From Alphaproteobacteria bacterium (GTDB lineage: Bacteria > Pseudomonadota > Alphaproteobacteria > SHVV01): DNA of 64,000 nucleotides. The notes beneath the pieces are model-generated. The model was not told the origin of the DNA and searched no databases. It saw only the letters and a list, made by a program, of their open reading frames with translations. This document shows, one piece after another, positions 54,321 through 64,000 of this stretch (position 1 is its first letter; each line of letters begins with the position of its first letter). Position numbers and translations under genes: made by a program. The stretch covers positions 4,704,001-4,768,000 of the forward strand of contig OZ253470.1 in the NCBI GenBank assembly GCA_965261735.1. Direction: 5' to 3'.

Positions 54321-56029
54321 CCGAACACGGGGTCGAGTCACCGCAACTGTTGTTCGTGCCCCTCGGCGGTGCGGGCGAAATCGGCATGAACCTCAACCTC
54401 TATGGTTACGACGGCAAGTGGCTGATGGTCGACCTCGGCATCACCTTTGCCGACGAGCGTCATCCCGGCATCGACATCGTCGTGCCCGACCCCGCGTTCA
54501 TCGTCGAGCGCCGCGACGACCTGCTCGGATTGGTGCTCACCCATGCCCACGAGGATCACCTCGGGGCCGTGCCCTACCTGTGGGAGCGCCTGCGCTGCCC
54601 GGTGTACGCGACCAAGTTCACCGCCGGCATGCTCAAGGGCAAGCTCACCGAGGCGGGGTTGCTCCATCAGGTGCCGCTCATCGAGGTGGCCGAGGGTGGG
54701 CGCCTGAGCCTCGGTCCCTTCGACGTGCGCTACTTGCCGATCACCCATTCCATCCCCGAGAGCAACGCGCTCGCCATCCGCACCCCGGCCGGGCTCGTGC
54801 TGCACACCGGCGACTTCAAGCTCGACCCGGAGCCCCTCGTCGGCGAACCGACGGAGCGCGATCACTTCGTGGCCCTAGGGGAGGAGGGTGTACTCGCCGT
54901 CATCGCCGACTCGACCAACGTGTTCGAACCGGAGCGTGCCGCCTCGGAGGGTTCCCTGCGGCGCAGCCTGACCGCGCTGGTGGAGGGTTGTGAGGGCCGT
55001 ATCGCGATGACCACGTTCGCCTCTCACGTCGCGCGCATCGAGACCGCGGCCGCGGTGGCCGCGGCGAACGGGCGTCACATAGCGCTGGTCGGGCGTTCCC
55101 TGTGGCGGACGCTAGCTGTCGCACGCGCCGCCGGCTATCTCAATGGTGCGCATACGTTCCTCTCCGAGGCGGACGCGATGCACGTGCCGCGTGGGGAGCT
55201 GCTCCTGCTGTGCGCCGGATCGCAAGGTGAACCGCGCGGCGCGATGACCCGCATCGCCCGCGGCGAACATCCGCAGGTCAGCCTCGAGCCGGGCGACGTC
55301 GCGATCTTTTCCTCCAGGATCATCCCCGGCAACGAACGCGCGCTGGCGGAGGTTCACAACCGGCTCGTACGCGATGGCGTTCGGGTGATTACCGAAAAGG
55401 ACCATTTCGTGCACGTCTCCGGCCATCCCGGTCGCGAGGACCTCGCCGAGATGTACCGCTGGTTGCGCCCGCGCATGGTCGTCCCCGTCCACGGCGAGGC
55501 GCGCCACTTGGCGGAGCACGCGGCGTTCGCCCGCTCTCTTCAAATCCCCGAGGCGGTCGAGGTCGACAACGGCGCGGTGCTGCGCCTCGCCCCCGGGCCC
55601 GCCAAGGTCATCGACCGGGCGCCCGCGGGCCGGCTCTTGTTGGACCACGGGAACTTGGTCGCCGAGGACAATGAGGCGGTGCGCCAGCGCCGCAGGCTCG
55701 GGCAGTCGGGCCTGCTGCTCGCCACGCTCGTCATCGGTGCCGAAGGTTGCCTCGCCGCCGAGCCCCAGCTCATGACCAAGGGCGTCGCGTTGAACGGTGG
55801 CGAGAGCGCCGAGCTCGGGATATCGCTGGGCGCGGCCCTGCGCCAGGCCATTGCGACGCTGTCGCCGGCGGCGCTCAAGAACGACGAGGCGATAAAAGGA
55901 GCGGCGGCCGCGGCACTGCGGGCGACTCTCAAGCAGGCAGGCGCCGGGCGCGCCGCCATCGAAACGCAGATCGTTCGCCTTGGCGAATTACCGCAAGTCC
56001 AGGCCCCGAGCAGCACGGAGATGCCATGA
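54317..56029 (+). CDS. rnj: Ribonuclease J
   Basis: [34 protein letters not shown] and PVHGE motifs. Confidence 0.96.
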   Translation: MTEHGVESPQLLFVPLGGAGEIGMNLNLYGYDGKWLMVDLGITFADERHPGIDIVVPDPAFIVERRDDLLGLVLTHAHEDHLGAVPYLWERLRCPVYATKFTAGMLKGKLTEAGLLHQVPLIEVAEGGRLSLGPFDVRYLPITHSIPESNALAIRTPAGLVLHTGDFKLDPEPLVGEPTERDHFVALGEEGVLAVIADSTNVFEPERAASEGSLRRSLTALVEGCEGRIAMTTFASHVARIETAAAVAAANGRHIALVGRSLWRTLAVARAAGYLNGAHTFLSEADAMHVPRGELLLLCAGSQGEPRGAMTRIARGEHPQVSLEPGDVAIFSSRIIPGNERALAEVHNRLVRDGVRVITEKDHFVHVSGHPGREDLAEMYRWLRPRMVVPVHGEARHLAEHAAFARSLQIPEAVEVDNGAVLRLAPGPAKVIDRAPAGRLLLDHGNLVAEDNEAVRQRRRLGQSGLLLATLVIGAEGCLAAEPQLMTKGVALNGGESAELGISLGAALRQAIATLSPAALKNDEAIKGAAAAALRATLKQAGAGRAAIETQIVRLGELPQVQAPSSTEMP

Positions 56030-56430
56030 TCGGTCGCCTCAATCATGTCGCCATTGCGGTCCCCGACCTTGCCACCGCGTCACGCCAATACCGCGACGTC
56101 CTGGGCGCCCAGGTGTCCGAGCCCGCGGATCTGCCGGAGCATGGCGTCACCGTCGTCTTTGTCGAACTCGGCAATACCAAGATCGAACTCCTCCACCCGT
56201 TGGGCGAGGAATCGCCCATAGCCGCGTACCTGGCGCGCTCGGCCGCCGGTGGTATTCATCACGTGTGCTACGAAGTCGCCGACATCGCGGCCGCGCGCGA
56301 TAGCCTGGTCGCCGCCGGCGCCCGCATCCTCGGCGATGGCCAAGCGCGTCCCGGTGCCCACGGCAAGCCGGTCCTCTTCCTGCACCCCAAGGACTTCTCC
56401 GGCACGCTGATCGAGCTCGAGGAGGTCTGA
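56026..56430 (+). CDS. mce: Methylmalonyl-CoA epimerase
   Basis: [22 protein letters not shown] and GAHGKPVLFLHPKD motifs. Confidence 0.96.
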   Translation: MIGRLNHVAIAVPDLATASRQYRDVLGAQVSEPADLPEHGVTVVFVELGNTKIELLHPLGEESPIAAYLARSAAGGIHHVCYEVADIAAARDSLVAAGARILGDGQARPGAHGKPVLFLHPKDFSGTLIELEEV

Positions 56431-56431
56431 G

Positions 56432-56674
56432 GTGACATGGGTGACGGGGCTCGCCACCTACCTCATCATCTGGTGGCTGGTTCTGTTCATGGTGTTGCCC
56501 TTCGGCGTGAGGCCGCCGGATAACCCCGAGCCAGGGATGGCGGCGAGCGCGCCCGAGAAGCCGCAGCTGTGGCTGAAGGCGGGCGTCACCACGCTGGTCG
56601 CGGGGCTGATCTGGGGGGTCGTGTTCGCCCTCATCGAGAGCGATCTCATCACGTTTGCCGAGGCGGGGCCCTGA
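56432..56674 (+). CDS. DUF1467-like small membrane protein
   Basis: YLIIWWLVLFMVLPFGV and G.A.SAP motifs. Conserved position after mce. Confidence 0.85.
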   Translation: MTWVTGLATYLIIWWLVLFMVLPFGVRPPDNPEPGMAASAPEKPQLWLKAGVTTLVAGLIWGVVFALIESDLITFAEAGP

Positions 56675-56684
56675 GCATCGGACA

Positions 56685-56822
56685 AAAAAAGCAAGGCCCA
56701 GTATGGGTCTTGCCCTCGCGCTTCAAGTTACGCGGCCGCTATACGGCTCAGTCGCTTCTCCCGGGTACGATTCCTCCCTGAACCTGGGCTTCGCATCGTA
56801 GGGCCGCAGCCCTATGATATGC
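56685..56822 (-). ncRNA. Candidate trans-encoded sRNA at the alpha-r9 (Smr9C)-like locus
   Basis: Minus-strand GTGACG-N17-TACACT promoter (56857-56829), two internal hairpins, and a terminator GCAAGACCC..GGGCCTTGC-T7 (56713-56684). Lies between DUF1467 and proS. Confidence 0.55.
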
Positions 56823-57003
56823 TCCAATAGTGTAGGGTATATGGTCCCCGGCGTCACCATGAATTTGGCGCGAAACAACACCTTAACAAGTAGCGTGGCC
56901 GCGCCGCGTGAACTTCGATCGGCGCACGCGATTCGTCGCATGTTGGCCTAAACGGGTGATGCGCATCATGCGCGCAACTGGCGCCTCGCGCGCTGCTGAC
57001 TGG

Positions 57004-57408
57004 ATGTCGACCATCGCCATCGCTTTCGTGGCGGCCCTCTGGGTCGAGCGAGGCGCCATGGCCCAGGACAAGTACGTGATCACCAAGTCCGACTGCCGGC
57101 AGCTGGTGCGCCACAAGCCCCGCCCCGACGTCACCTTCACGCCCGGCGTTGACGTTCGCGGCAAACCGGTGGCACCGGCAAATCTCGGCGGTAGTCGGAT
57201 CGCGCTCCCCGACGAGATCGTCATCGACGTCACGGTGCAGGTTTACGAGGCGCTCGGCCGAACGCCGCCCAAGGGGCTCGGGGACAGCGCCGCGCGCCTC
57301 GGCACGATAGTGCTCCGGGACGGCGCGCTCACCTTCAACGGTGAGCCCCTCGGAACCGATGGCGAGGCGGCCATTGCGTCCGCGTGCCGGGAGATGGTGG
57401 AGCCGTAG
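57004..57408 (+). CDS. Hypothetical exported protein with two Cys (start uncertain)
   Basis: Hydrophobic N-terminus ending AMA|Q, then C.QLVRH.P.PDV.F.PGVDVRGKPVAPA.L and a C-terminal C. Confidence 0.65.
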   Translation: MSTIAIAFVAALWVERGAMAQDKYVITKSDCRQLVRHKPRPDVTFTPGVDVRGKPVAPANLGGSRIALPDEIVIDVTVQVYEALGRTPPKGLGDSAARLGTIVLRDGALTFNGEPLGTDGEAAIASACREMVEP

Positions 57409-57532
57409 GAGTAGGGCCATCGGGCGCGTTCGCGGCGCGCGCATTGCCTTGGAAGAGGCCTTTCCCTAAAGTCACGATGCTCTGACCCGGCGGCACCGGG
57501 CGGTTCCCGGCGAGGCGTTGACGGGACGCACC

Positions 57533-58852
57533 ATGCGGTTGTCCAGTTTCTTCATGCCGACGCTCAAGGAGAATCCGAGCGAGGCCCAGATCGTCTCGCA
57601 CCGGCTGATGCTGCGCGCCGGCATGGTGCGCCAGTCGAGTGCCGGCATCTATTCCTGGCTGCCGCTTGGTTTGCGCGTGCTGCGCCGCATCGAGCGGATC
57701 GTCCGCGAGGAGCAGGACGCGGCAGGCTGCCAGGAGTTGCTGATGCCGACGGTTCAGCCAGCCGGCCTGTGGCGCGAGAGCGGCCGCTACGAGGACTACG
57801 GCAAGGAGATGCTGCGCATCAGCGACCGGCACGCGCGCGAGATGCTGTATGGGCCGACGAACGAGGAGCTGATCACCGATATCGTGCGCCACACGATCAA
57901 GAGCTACCGCGACCTGCCCAAGCTGCTCTATCACATCCAGTGGAAGTTTCGCGACGAGGTGCGCCCACGCTTTGGCGTCATGCGCGGGCGCGAGTTTCTC
58001 ATGAAGGACAGCTACTCCTTCGACCTCGACTACGAGGGGGCGCGGCGCTCCTACAACAAGATGTTCCTGTGCTACCTGCGCACGTTCGCGCGCATGGGCC
58101 TCAAGGCGATTCCAATGCGGGCCGAGACCGGGCCCATCGGAGGCGATCTCAGCCATGAGTTCGTGATTCTCGCCAATACCGGCGAGTCGGCCGTCTTTTG
58201 CCACCGCGACCTGGTCGAGCGTGACGTTCTGGCAAGCGACATCGACTATGAAGCCGACCTCGATCCCGCGGTCGAGGCTTGGACCAGCTTTTATGCCGCC
58301 ACCGACGACAAGCACGATCCCGCCCGCTTCGAGCAGGAGGTTGCGGCAAACGATCAGATCGCGGCGCGAGGCATCGAGGTCGGCCACATCTTCTATTTTG
58401 GCAACAAGTACTCGGTCGCCATGAATGCCACGGTCGCCGGCCCTGAGGGGCAGGGGGTGAGCCTGGAAATGGGCTCCTACGGTATCGGCGTCTCGCGGCT
58501 TGTCGGCGCGATCATCGAGGCCAGCCACGACGACGCCGGCATCATCTGGCCCGAGGCCGTCGCCCCGTTCGATGCCGGCCTCCTCAACCTCAAGCCCGAC
58601 GACGCCGCGTGCGAGCGCATCGCCGGCGACCTCTACGCCAAGTTCCGCAACGCGGGCCGCGACGTGCTGCTGGATGACACCGATGAACGCCCAGGCGCCA
58701 AGTTCGCGACGATGGACCTCATCGGGCTCCCGTGGCAGGTGGTGGTGGGGCCGCGCGGAGCGGCGGCCGGCCTCGTCGAGGTCAAGGAGCGCCGGAGCGG
58801 CAAGCGTGAGGAGCTCACGCCTGAGGCGGCACTGGCACGGCTCGCCGCTTGA
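57533..58852 (+). CDS. proS: Proline--tRNA ligase (short alphaproteobacterial type)
   Basis: [33 protein letters not shown] and GSYGIGVSR motifs. Confidence 0.98.
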   Translation: MRLSSFFMPTLKENPSEAQIVSHRLMLRAGMVRQSSAGIYSWLPLGLRVLRRIERIVREEQDAAGCQELLMPTVQPAGLWRESGRYEDYGKEMLRISDRHAREMLYGPTNEELITDIVRHTIKSYRDLPKLLYHIQWKFRDEVRPRFGVMRGREFLMKDSYSFDLDYEGARRSYNKMFLCYLRTFARMGLKAIPMRAETGPIGGDLSHEFVILANTGESAVFCHRDLVERDVLASDIDYEADLDPAVEAWTSFYAATDDKHDPARFEQEVAANDQIAARGIEVGHIFYFGNKYSVAMNATVAGPEGQGVSLEMGSYGIGVSRLVGAIIEASHDDAGIIWPEAVAPFDAGLLNLKPDDAACERIAGDLYAKFRNAGRDVLLDDTDERPGAKFATMDLIGLPWQVVVGPRGAAAGLVEVKERRSGKREELTPEAALARLAA

Positions 58853-60102
58853 ACGGGGTGTTCTCGGCCGTCGAATGGATGATCGCCGCCCGCTATCTTC
58901 GGGCGCGCCGCACCGAGGGGCTGATCTCGGTGATCGCCGCCATCTCGCTGATCGGCATCGCGCTCGGCGTCGCCACGCTCATCATCGTCCTGTCCGTCAT
59001 GAATGGGTTCCGCGCCGAACTCCTGGGCCGCATTCTCGGCCTTAACGGTCACATCATGGTGCACGGCTTGCCGGCGCCATTGACCGACTACGAGACGCTG
59101 GCCGAGCGCGTGCGCGGCGTCGCCGGCGTCGTGCGCGTCACCCCGATCATCGAGGGCCAGGTCATGGCGAGCTCGCCGGCGGCGGCGACAGGGGCCCTGG
59201 TGCGCGGCGTGGGCCCTGCAGACCTCAAGGCGAACGAGCTCATCCGCGGCAGCATCACGCAGGGCACCCTCGACGACTACAGTGGCGAGGACGCCGTTGT
59301 TGTAGGCGCCCGGCTCGCAGGCAAGCTCGGTCTTCGGGCCGGCGATCGGATTACGTTGATCTCGCCGCGCGGCAGGGCGACCGCCCTCGGAACCGTGCCC
59401 CGGCTGCGTGCCTACCGCGTGGCGGCGACGTTCGAGATCGGCATGTTCGAGTACGACTCGGCGTTCGTCTTCATGCCGCTCGCCGCGGCCCAGATCTATT
59501 TTCGCCTGCCCGGGGCGGTGAGCGCCCTCGAAGTCATGATCGACGATCCCGATCGCATCGATGCGTTGAGGCCGCCTATCTTTACCGCGCTCGATAGCGC
59601 CGTGCGGCTCGTCGACTGGCGTCAGGTCAACGCCCACTTCTTCAACGCGCTCCAGGTCGAGCGCAACGTCATGTTCCTGATTTTGACCCTAATCATCCTG
59701 GTCGCGGCCCTCAACGTGGTGTCCAGCCTCATCATGCTGGTCAAGGACAAGGGAAGGGACATCGCGATCCTGCGGACCATGGGCGCACCGCGCGGCATGG
59801 TGATGCGCATCTTCATGATCGCCGGCGCCAGCGTGGGCGTGTTCGGGACGGCGCTCGGGTTCGTGCTCGGCGTGAGCTTCGCCGCCAATATCGAGACGAT
59901 CCGGCGCTGGTTCGAGGGCCTGACCGACACGGAGCTGTTCGCCGCCGAGATCTACTTTCTCTCGAAGCTGCCGGCCAAGATCGATGCCGGCGAGGTGGTC
60001 CTGGTCGTCGCCATGGCGCTCTTTCTGTCGTTCCTCGCGACCCTCTATCCGTCGTGGCGCGCCGCCCGCCTCGATCCGGTCGAGGCGCTGAGGTACGAAT
60101 GA
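58849..60102 (+). CDS. Lipoprotein-releasing ABC transporter permease (LolC/E)
   Basis: [22 protein letters not shown] and [18 protein letters not shown] motifs. Confidence 0.95.
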   Translation: MNGVFSAVEWMIAARYLRARRTEGLISVIAAISLIGIALGVATLIIVLSVMNGFRAELLGRILGLNGHIMVHGLPAPLTDYETLAERVRGVAGVVRVTPIIEGQVMASSPAAATGALVRGVGPADLKANELIRGSITQGTLDDYSGEDAVVVGARLAGKLGLRAGDRITLISPRGRATALGTVPRLRAYRVAATFEIGMFEYDSAFVFMPLAAAQIYFRLPGAVSALEVMIDDPDRIDALRPPIFTALDSAVRLVDWRQVNAHFFNALQVERNVMFLILTLIILVAALNVVSSLIMLVKDKGRDIAILRTMGAPRGMVMRIFMIAGASVGVFGTALGFVLGVSFAANIETIRRWFEGLTDTELFAAEIYFLSKLPAKIDAGEVVLVVAMALFLSFLATLYPSWRAARLDPVEALRYE

Positions 60103-60791
60103 CGCACCCGCCCCGCGACGCCCTTCTTGCGCTCGAGCGAATCGAGCGCACCTTCGCTCAGGGGGACATGCGGCTCGAGGTTCTGCGCGGCGCATCGCTC
60201 GAGGTCGCGGCCGGCGAGTGCGTCGCCCTGGTCGGCCCTTCCGGGACGGGAAAGTCGACGCTCCTGCATATCGCCGGCCTGCTCGAAGCCGCGGACGGCG
60301 GTGAGGTGCGCATCAACGGCGTGGCCTGCGATGCCATGTCCGACGCGGCCCGCACCCGCACCCGGCGCACCTCGCTCGGCTTCGTCTACCAATTCCACCA
60401 TCTGCTGCCTGAGTTCTCGGCCCTCGAGAACGTGGTGCTGCCGCAGCGGATTGCCGGGGCGTCGCGGGCCGCGGCGCGGACACGCGCCGCCGATCTGCTG
60501 GAGCGGTTCGGCCTCGCCGAGCGGCTCGACCACCGCCCAGGCAGGCTCTCCGGCGGCGAGCAGCAGCGGGTCGCCATCGCACGGGCGATTGCCAATCGGC
60601 CGCTAGTGCTGCTGGCCGACGAACCGACCGGCAATCTCGACCAACGCACCGCGGAGCAGGTGTTCGACGAGTTGCTCGCCGTCGTCCGCAAAGGCGATCT
60701 TGGCGCGCTTGTCGCGACCCACAACGCACAGCTCGCGGCCCGCATGGACCGCACGCTATTGCTACAAGATGGAGTAGTGGGGCCGCCGTAG
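60099..60791 (+). CDS. lolD: Lipoprotein-releasing ABC transporter ATP-binding protein
   Basis: [27 protein letters not shown] and DEPTGNLD motifs. Confidence 0.95.
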   Translation: MTHPPRDALLALERIERTFAQGDMRLEVLRGASLEVAAGECVALVGPSGTGKSTLLHIAGLLEAADGGEVRINGVACDAMSDAARTRTRRTSLGFVYQFHHLLPEFSALENVVLPQRIAGASRAAARTRAADLLERFGLAERLDHRPGRLSGGEQQRVAIARAIANRPLVLLADEPTGNLDQRTAEQVFDELLAVVRKGDLGALVATHNAQLAARMDRTLLLQDGVVGPP

Positions 60792-60900
60792 TCCACAACA
60801 AATGGACATGTTTCTGATCTGTTCACGATGACTCACTGGGGTCGCCGTGGAATGCTCGACCCTCTCGGTGAGCGCTGCCGAACCGGAACCCGACGACGAG

Positions 60901-63900
60901 ATGGCCCACGCCGACTTCGTCCACCTGCGCGTCCATTCCGCCTATTCGCTGCTCGAAGGCGCAATATCGGTCAACGATCTGGTGCGCCTATGTTGCGATC
61001 AGGCGATGCCGGCCATCGCCGTCACCGACAGCGCCAACATGTTCGGCGCCCTCGAATTCTCGATGGCCTGCGCGGCGGCCGGGATACAACCGGTTATTGG
61101 CACCATCCTCAACGTCAGCCAAGCCGCTCCGCCCGCCGCCAACGGCCGCCGCGAGACACCGGACAGGCTCCTCCTGCTGGCCCAGGACGAGAGTGGCTAC
61201 GCCAACCTCCTCAAGCTGTCGAGCCGGTCTTTCCTTCATAGCGACCGACTCGATCTGCCGCAGGTCGCTGCCGCCGACCTCGCGGGCCACGCCGACGGGC
61301 TGATCGCGCTGAGCGGCGGTCTCGAGGGGCCTGTCGCGAGAAGGCTCCGCGAAGGCCAGAAACAGGCCGCGGAAGGCGCGCTCCTCGAGCTAGCGCACAT
61401 CTTTCCCGGGCGCCTCTACGTCGAGCTGCAGCGTCACGGGCTGCCCGACGAGCAGCGCATCGAACCCGACCTGCTCGACCTCGCCTACCGTCACGATCTC
61501 CCGCTGGTCGCGACCAACGACGTCTATTTTGCGAGCGAGGACATGTTCGCCGCGCATGACGTCTTGATCTGCGTCGCGGAGGGCGCCTACGCGAGCCAGA
61601 GCGATCGCCGCCGTCTGACGCCGGAGCACCGCTTCAAGAGCGCGGCCGAGATGCGCGCCCTCTTCGCCGATCTTCCCGAGGCTGTCGATAACACGCTTGT
61701 CGTGGCGCAGCGCTCGGCCTACCGGCCGCGGGCACGCGAGCCCATCCTACCGCGCTTCGAGACGCCGGTCGGGCGCGACGAGGCGGGCGAGCTGACGGCC
61801 GAGGCGCAAGCGGGTCTCGAGGAGCGCCTCGATAACCGGGTATTCACCGAGGACATGGATGGAGCGGCGCGCGATGCCGTGGCGGCGCCCTACCGCGAGC
61901 GCTTGGCCGATGAGTTGGAGGTCATCATCGGGATGAACTACCCCGGATACTTCCTTGTTGTCGCGGACTTTATTCGCTTCGCCAAACAGTCGGGAATACC
62001 GGTCGGGCCGGGCCGGGGATCGGGTGCCGCGTCGGTGGTCGCCTGGTCGCTCGCCATTACCGACCTCGATCCGCTGCGTTTCGGCCTGGTGTTCGAGCGC
62101 TTCCTCAATCCGCACCGCGTCTCGATGCCCGACTTCGATATCGATTTTTGCCAGGAAAAGCGCGATCAGGTGATTCGCTACGTCCAGGACAAGTACGGGC
62201 GCGACCGGGTCGCCCAAATCATCACATTCGGCACGCTTCAGGCGCGCGCCGCGCTCCGCGATGTCGGCCGCGTGCTCGAGATGCCGTACGGACAGGTCGA
62301 CCGCCTGTGCAAGCTAGTGCCCTACAATCCTGCGAATCCGGTGACACTCGACCAAGTGATCGCGGCCGAGCCGCGGCTCGCGGAGCGGCGCGACGCGGAC
62401 GGCGCGGTCGCCAGGCTGCTGGAGATCGCGGCGCGCCTGGAAGGCCTCTACCGCCACGCGTCCACCCATGCCGCAGGCCTGGTCATCGGCGACCGGCCGC
62501 TCGACGAGCTGATCCCGCTCTACCGCGATCCGCGCTCCGATATGCCGGTCACGCAGTTCTCGATGAAGTACGCCGAGCTGTCGGGGCTAATCAAATTCGA
62601 CTTCCTCGGGCTCAAGACGCTGACGGTGCTCGACCGCGCGTGCCGGCTCGTCGCGCGGCGCGGGGTCGACCTCGACCTCGGTGCGATCGCACTTGACGAT
62701 GCAAAGACTTACGACCTGCTGACGCGTGGCGACACCGTCGGCATCTTCCAATTCGAGAGCTCGGGCATGCGCGACCTGCTGCGCGAGGCGCGCCCCGACC
62801 ACTTCGAGGACGTGATCGCCCTGGTCGCCCTGTTTCGCCCCGGACCCATGGAGAACATCCCCAAATACGTCGCCTGCAAGCATGGTCGCGAGGCGCCCGA
62901 GTTCCTGCACGAGCTCATCGAACCGGTCGTCGCCGATACCTATGGCGTCATCATCTATCAGGAACAGGTGATGCGGATAGCCCAGGTCTTCGCCGGCTTC
63001 AGCATGGGTGAGGCGGACCTACTGCGGCGCGCAATGGGCAAGAAGATCAAATCCGAGATGGAGGCTCAACGCGACAGCTTCGTGGCCGGGGCAACGGCCA
63101 AGGGCGTGCCCACTGAACGAGCAATCCACGTCTTCAATCTGGTCGACAAGTTCGCCGGCTACGGCTTCAACAAGGCGCATTCGGCGGGCTATGCGCTCCT
63201 CGCGTATCAGACCGCGTGGATGAAGGCGAACTACCCGGTCGAATTCCTGGCGGCGTCAATGACGCTCGATCTCGGGAACACGGATAAGATCGCGGCGTTC
63301 AAGCGTGAGCTCGAGAGGCAAGGGATCGAGCTCCGCCATCCCGACATCAACCGCTCCGGCGTCGAGTTCACCGTCGAAGCCGCCGAGGATGGCCGCCAGA
63401 CCGTCCGCTATGCGCTCTCGGCTATCCGCAACGTGGGCCGCGCCGCCATGGAGGCACTGGTCTCCGAGCGTGACGAGCGCGGCCCCTTCACCGACCTCGC
63501 CGACTTTGCCGAGCGCCTCGATCACCGGACGATCAATCGGCGCCAGCTCGAGAACCTCGCCAGAGCCGGTGCGTTCGACAGTCTCAATGCCAATCGCGCC
63601 CAGGTCCTCGCGGCGGTCGAGACCCTCATTGGCCTCGCCAGCGCCGCGACCGAGGAGCGCGAGAGCCAGCAGGTCAGCCTCTTCGGCGGGGGCGATCGCG
63701 GCGCCGACAGCCTGCGACTCCCGGCGGCCGACCCCTGGCACGGGCTGGAGAAACTGCGCCACGAGCGGGACGCGCTGGGCTTCCACCTCTCGGCCCACCC
63801 GCTCGATGGCTATCGCCGCGTGCTCGCCCGTCTGAACGTGCGTTCGGCCGCCGACGCGTTGCAGGCGCTGAACGGGGACGTTCGCCGGCTCTGCCTCGCC

Positions 63901-64000
63901 GGCGCGGTCGAGAGCGTCTCGGAGCGTACCTCCCAGCGCGGGAACAGGTTCGCGAGGGTCAGCCTTTCCGATACCAGCGATACTTACGAAGTTATTGTTT
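60901..64000 (+). CDS. dnaE: DNA polymerase III alpha subunit (partial, runs off the right edge)
   Basis: Manual translation from ATG 60901: MAHADFVHLRVHSAYSLLEG, then VGPGRGSGA, SMPDFDIDF, KFDFLGL and YGFNKAHS. The frame is still open at the window end. Confidence 0.98.
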   Translation, partial: MAHADFVHLRVHSAYSLLEGAISVNDLVRLCCDQAMPAIAVTDSANMFGALEFSMACAAAGIQPVIGTILNVSQAAPPAANGRRETPDRLLLLAQDESGYANLLKLSSRSFLHSDRLDLPQVAAADLAGHADGLIALSGGLEGPVARRLREGQKQAAEGALLELAHIFPGRLYVELQRHGLPDEQRIEPDLLDLAYRHDLPLVATNDVYFASEDMFAAHDVLICVAEGAYASQSDRRRLTPEHRFKSAAEMRALFADLPEAVDNTLVVAQRSAYRPRAREPILPRFETPVGRDEAGELTAEAQAGLEERLDNRVFTEDMDGAARDAVAAPYRERLADELEVIIGMNYPGYFLVVADFIRFAKQSGIPVGPGRGSGAASVVAWSLAITDLDPLRFGLVFERFLNPHRVSMPDFDIDFCQEKRDQVIRYVQDKYGRDRVAQIITFGTLQARAALRDVGRVLEMPYGQVDRLCKLVPYNPANPVTLDQVIAAEPRLAERRDADGAVARLLEIAARLEGLYRHASTHAAGLVIGDRPLDELIPLYRDPRSDMPVTQFSMKYAELSGLIKFDFLGLKTLTVLDRACRLVARRGVDLDLGAIALDDAKTYDLLTRGDTVGIFQFESSGMRDLLREARPDHFEDVIALVALFRPGPMENIPKYVACKHGREAPEFLHELIEPVVADTYGVIIYQEQVMRIAQVFAGFSMGEADLLRRAMGKKIKSEMEAQRDSFVAGATAKGVPTERAIHVFNLVDKFAGYGFNKAHSAGYALLAYQTAWMKANYPVEFLAASMTLDLGNTDKIAAFKRELERQGIELRHPDINRSGVEFTVEAAEDGRQTVRYALSAIRNVGRAAMEALVSERDERGPFTDLADFAERLDHRTINRRQLENLARAGAFDSLNANRAQVLAAVETLIGLASAATEERESQQVSLFGGGDRGADSLRLPAADPWHGLEKLRHERDALGFHLSAHPLDGYRRVLARLNVRSAADALQALNGDVRRLCLAGAVESVSERTSQRGNRFARVSLSDTSDTYEVIV

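Noticed and set aside
56723-56941. 72-aa minus-strand ORF
   Set aside because: No RBS or recognisable motif. It runs across the putative sRNA promoter, so a non-coding RNA explains the region better.

Overview
GC-rich alphaproteobacterial chromosome segment, probably Rhodospirillales-like (inferred from gene order and protein style). It opens with the 5' part of gltB (minus strand, running off the left edge). A ~21 kb accessory catabolic region (4.2-25.7 kb) follows, with no recognisable transcription regulator. It holds a VOC protein, a NitT/TauT-ThiXYZ-type ABC importer co-oriented with two heme-oxygenase-like (TenA/PqqC/CADD fold) proteins, and a TorT-like/CUT2 ABC importer. It also holds an FAH-family hydrolase, two SDRs, two aldo-keto reductases (one frameshifted), three alpha/beta hydrolases, two amidohydrolases, an orphan PDR/VanB reductase, RidA and a FlK-like thioesterase. 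An IS1595-family (ISSod11-group) element without target duplication joins a truncated FlaEY-like gene to clpX, with no tig-clpP upstream. The rest is the conserved core run clpX-lon-(IS1182)-hupB-tRNA-Val-(4-gene insert)-tRNA-Asp-nuoA-N-birA-coaX-rnj-mce-DUF1467-(sRNA candidate)-hyp-proS-lolC/E-lolD-dnaE (partial). The best candidate for an undescribed system is the HDO pair: one protein has a full diiron ligand set and its paralog has degenerate ligands. Both are linked to an importer and possibly to the oxygenase-less PDR/VanB reductase. All calls come from reading motifs by eye; no database searches were run.
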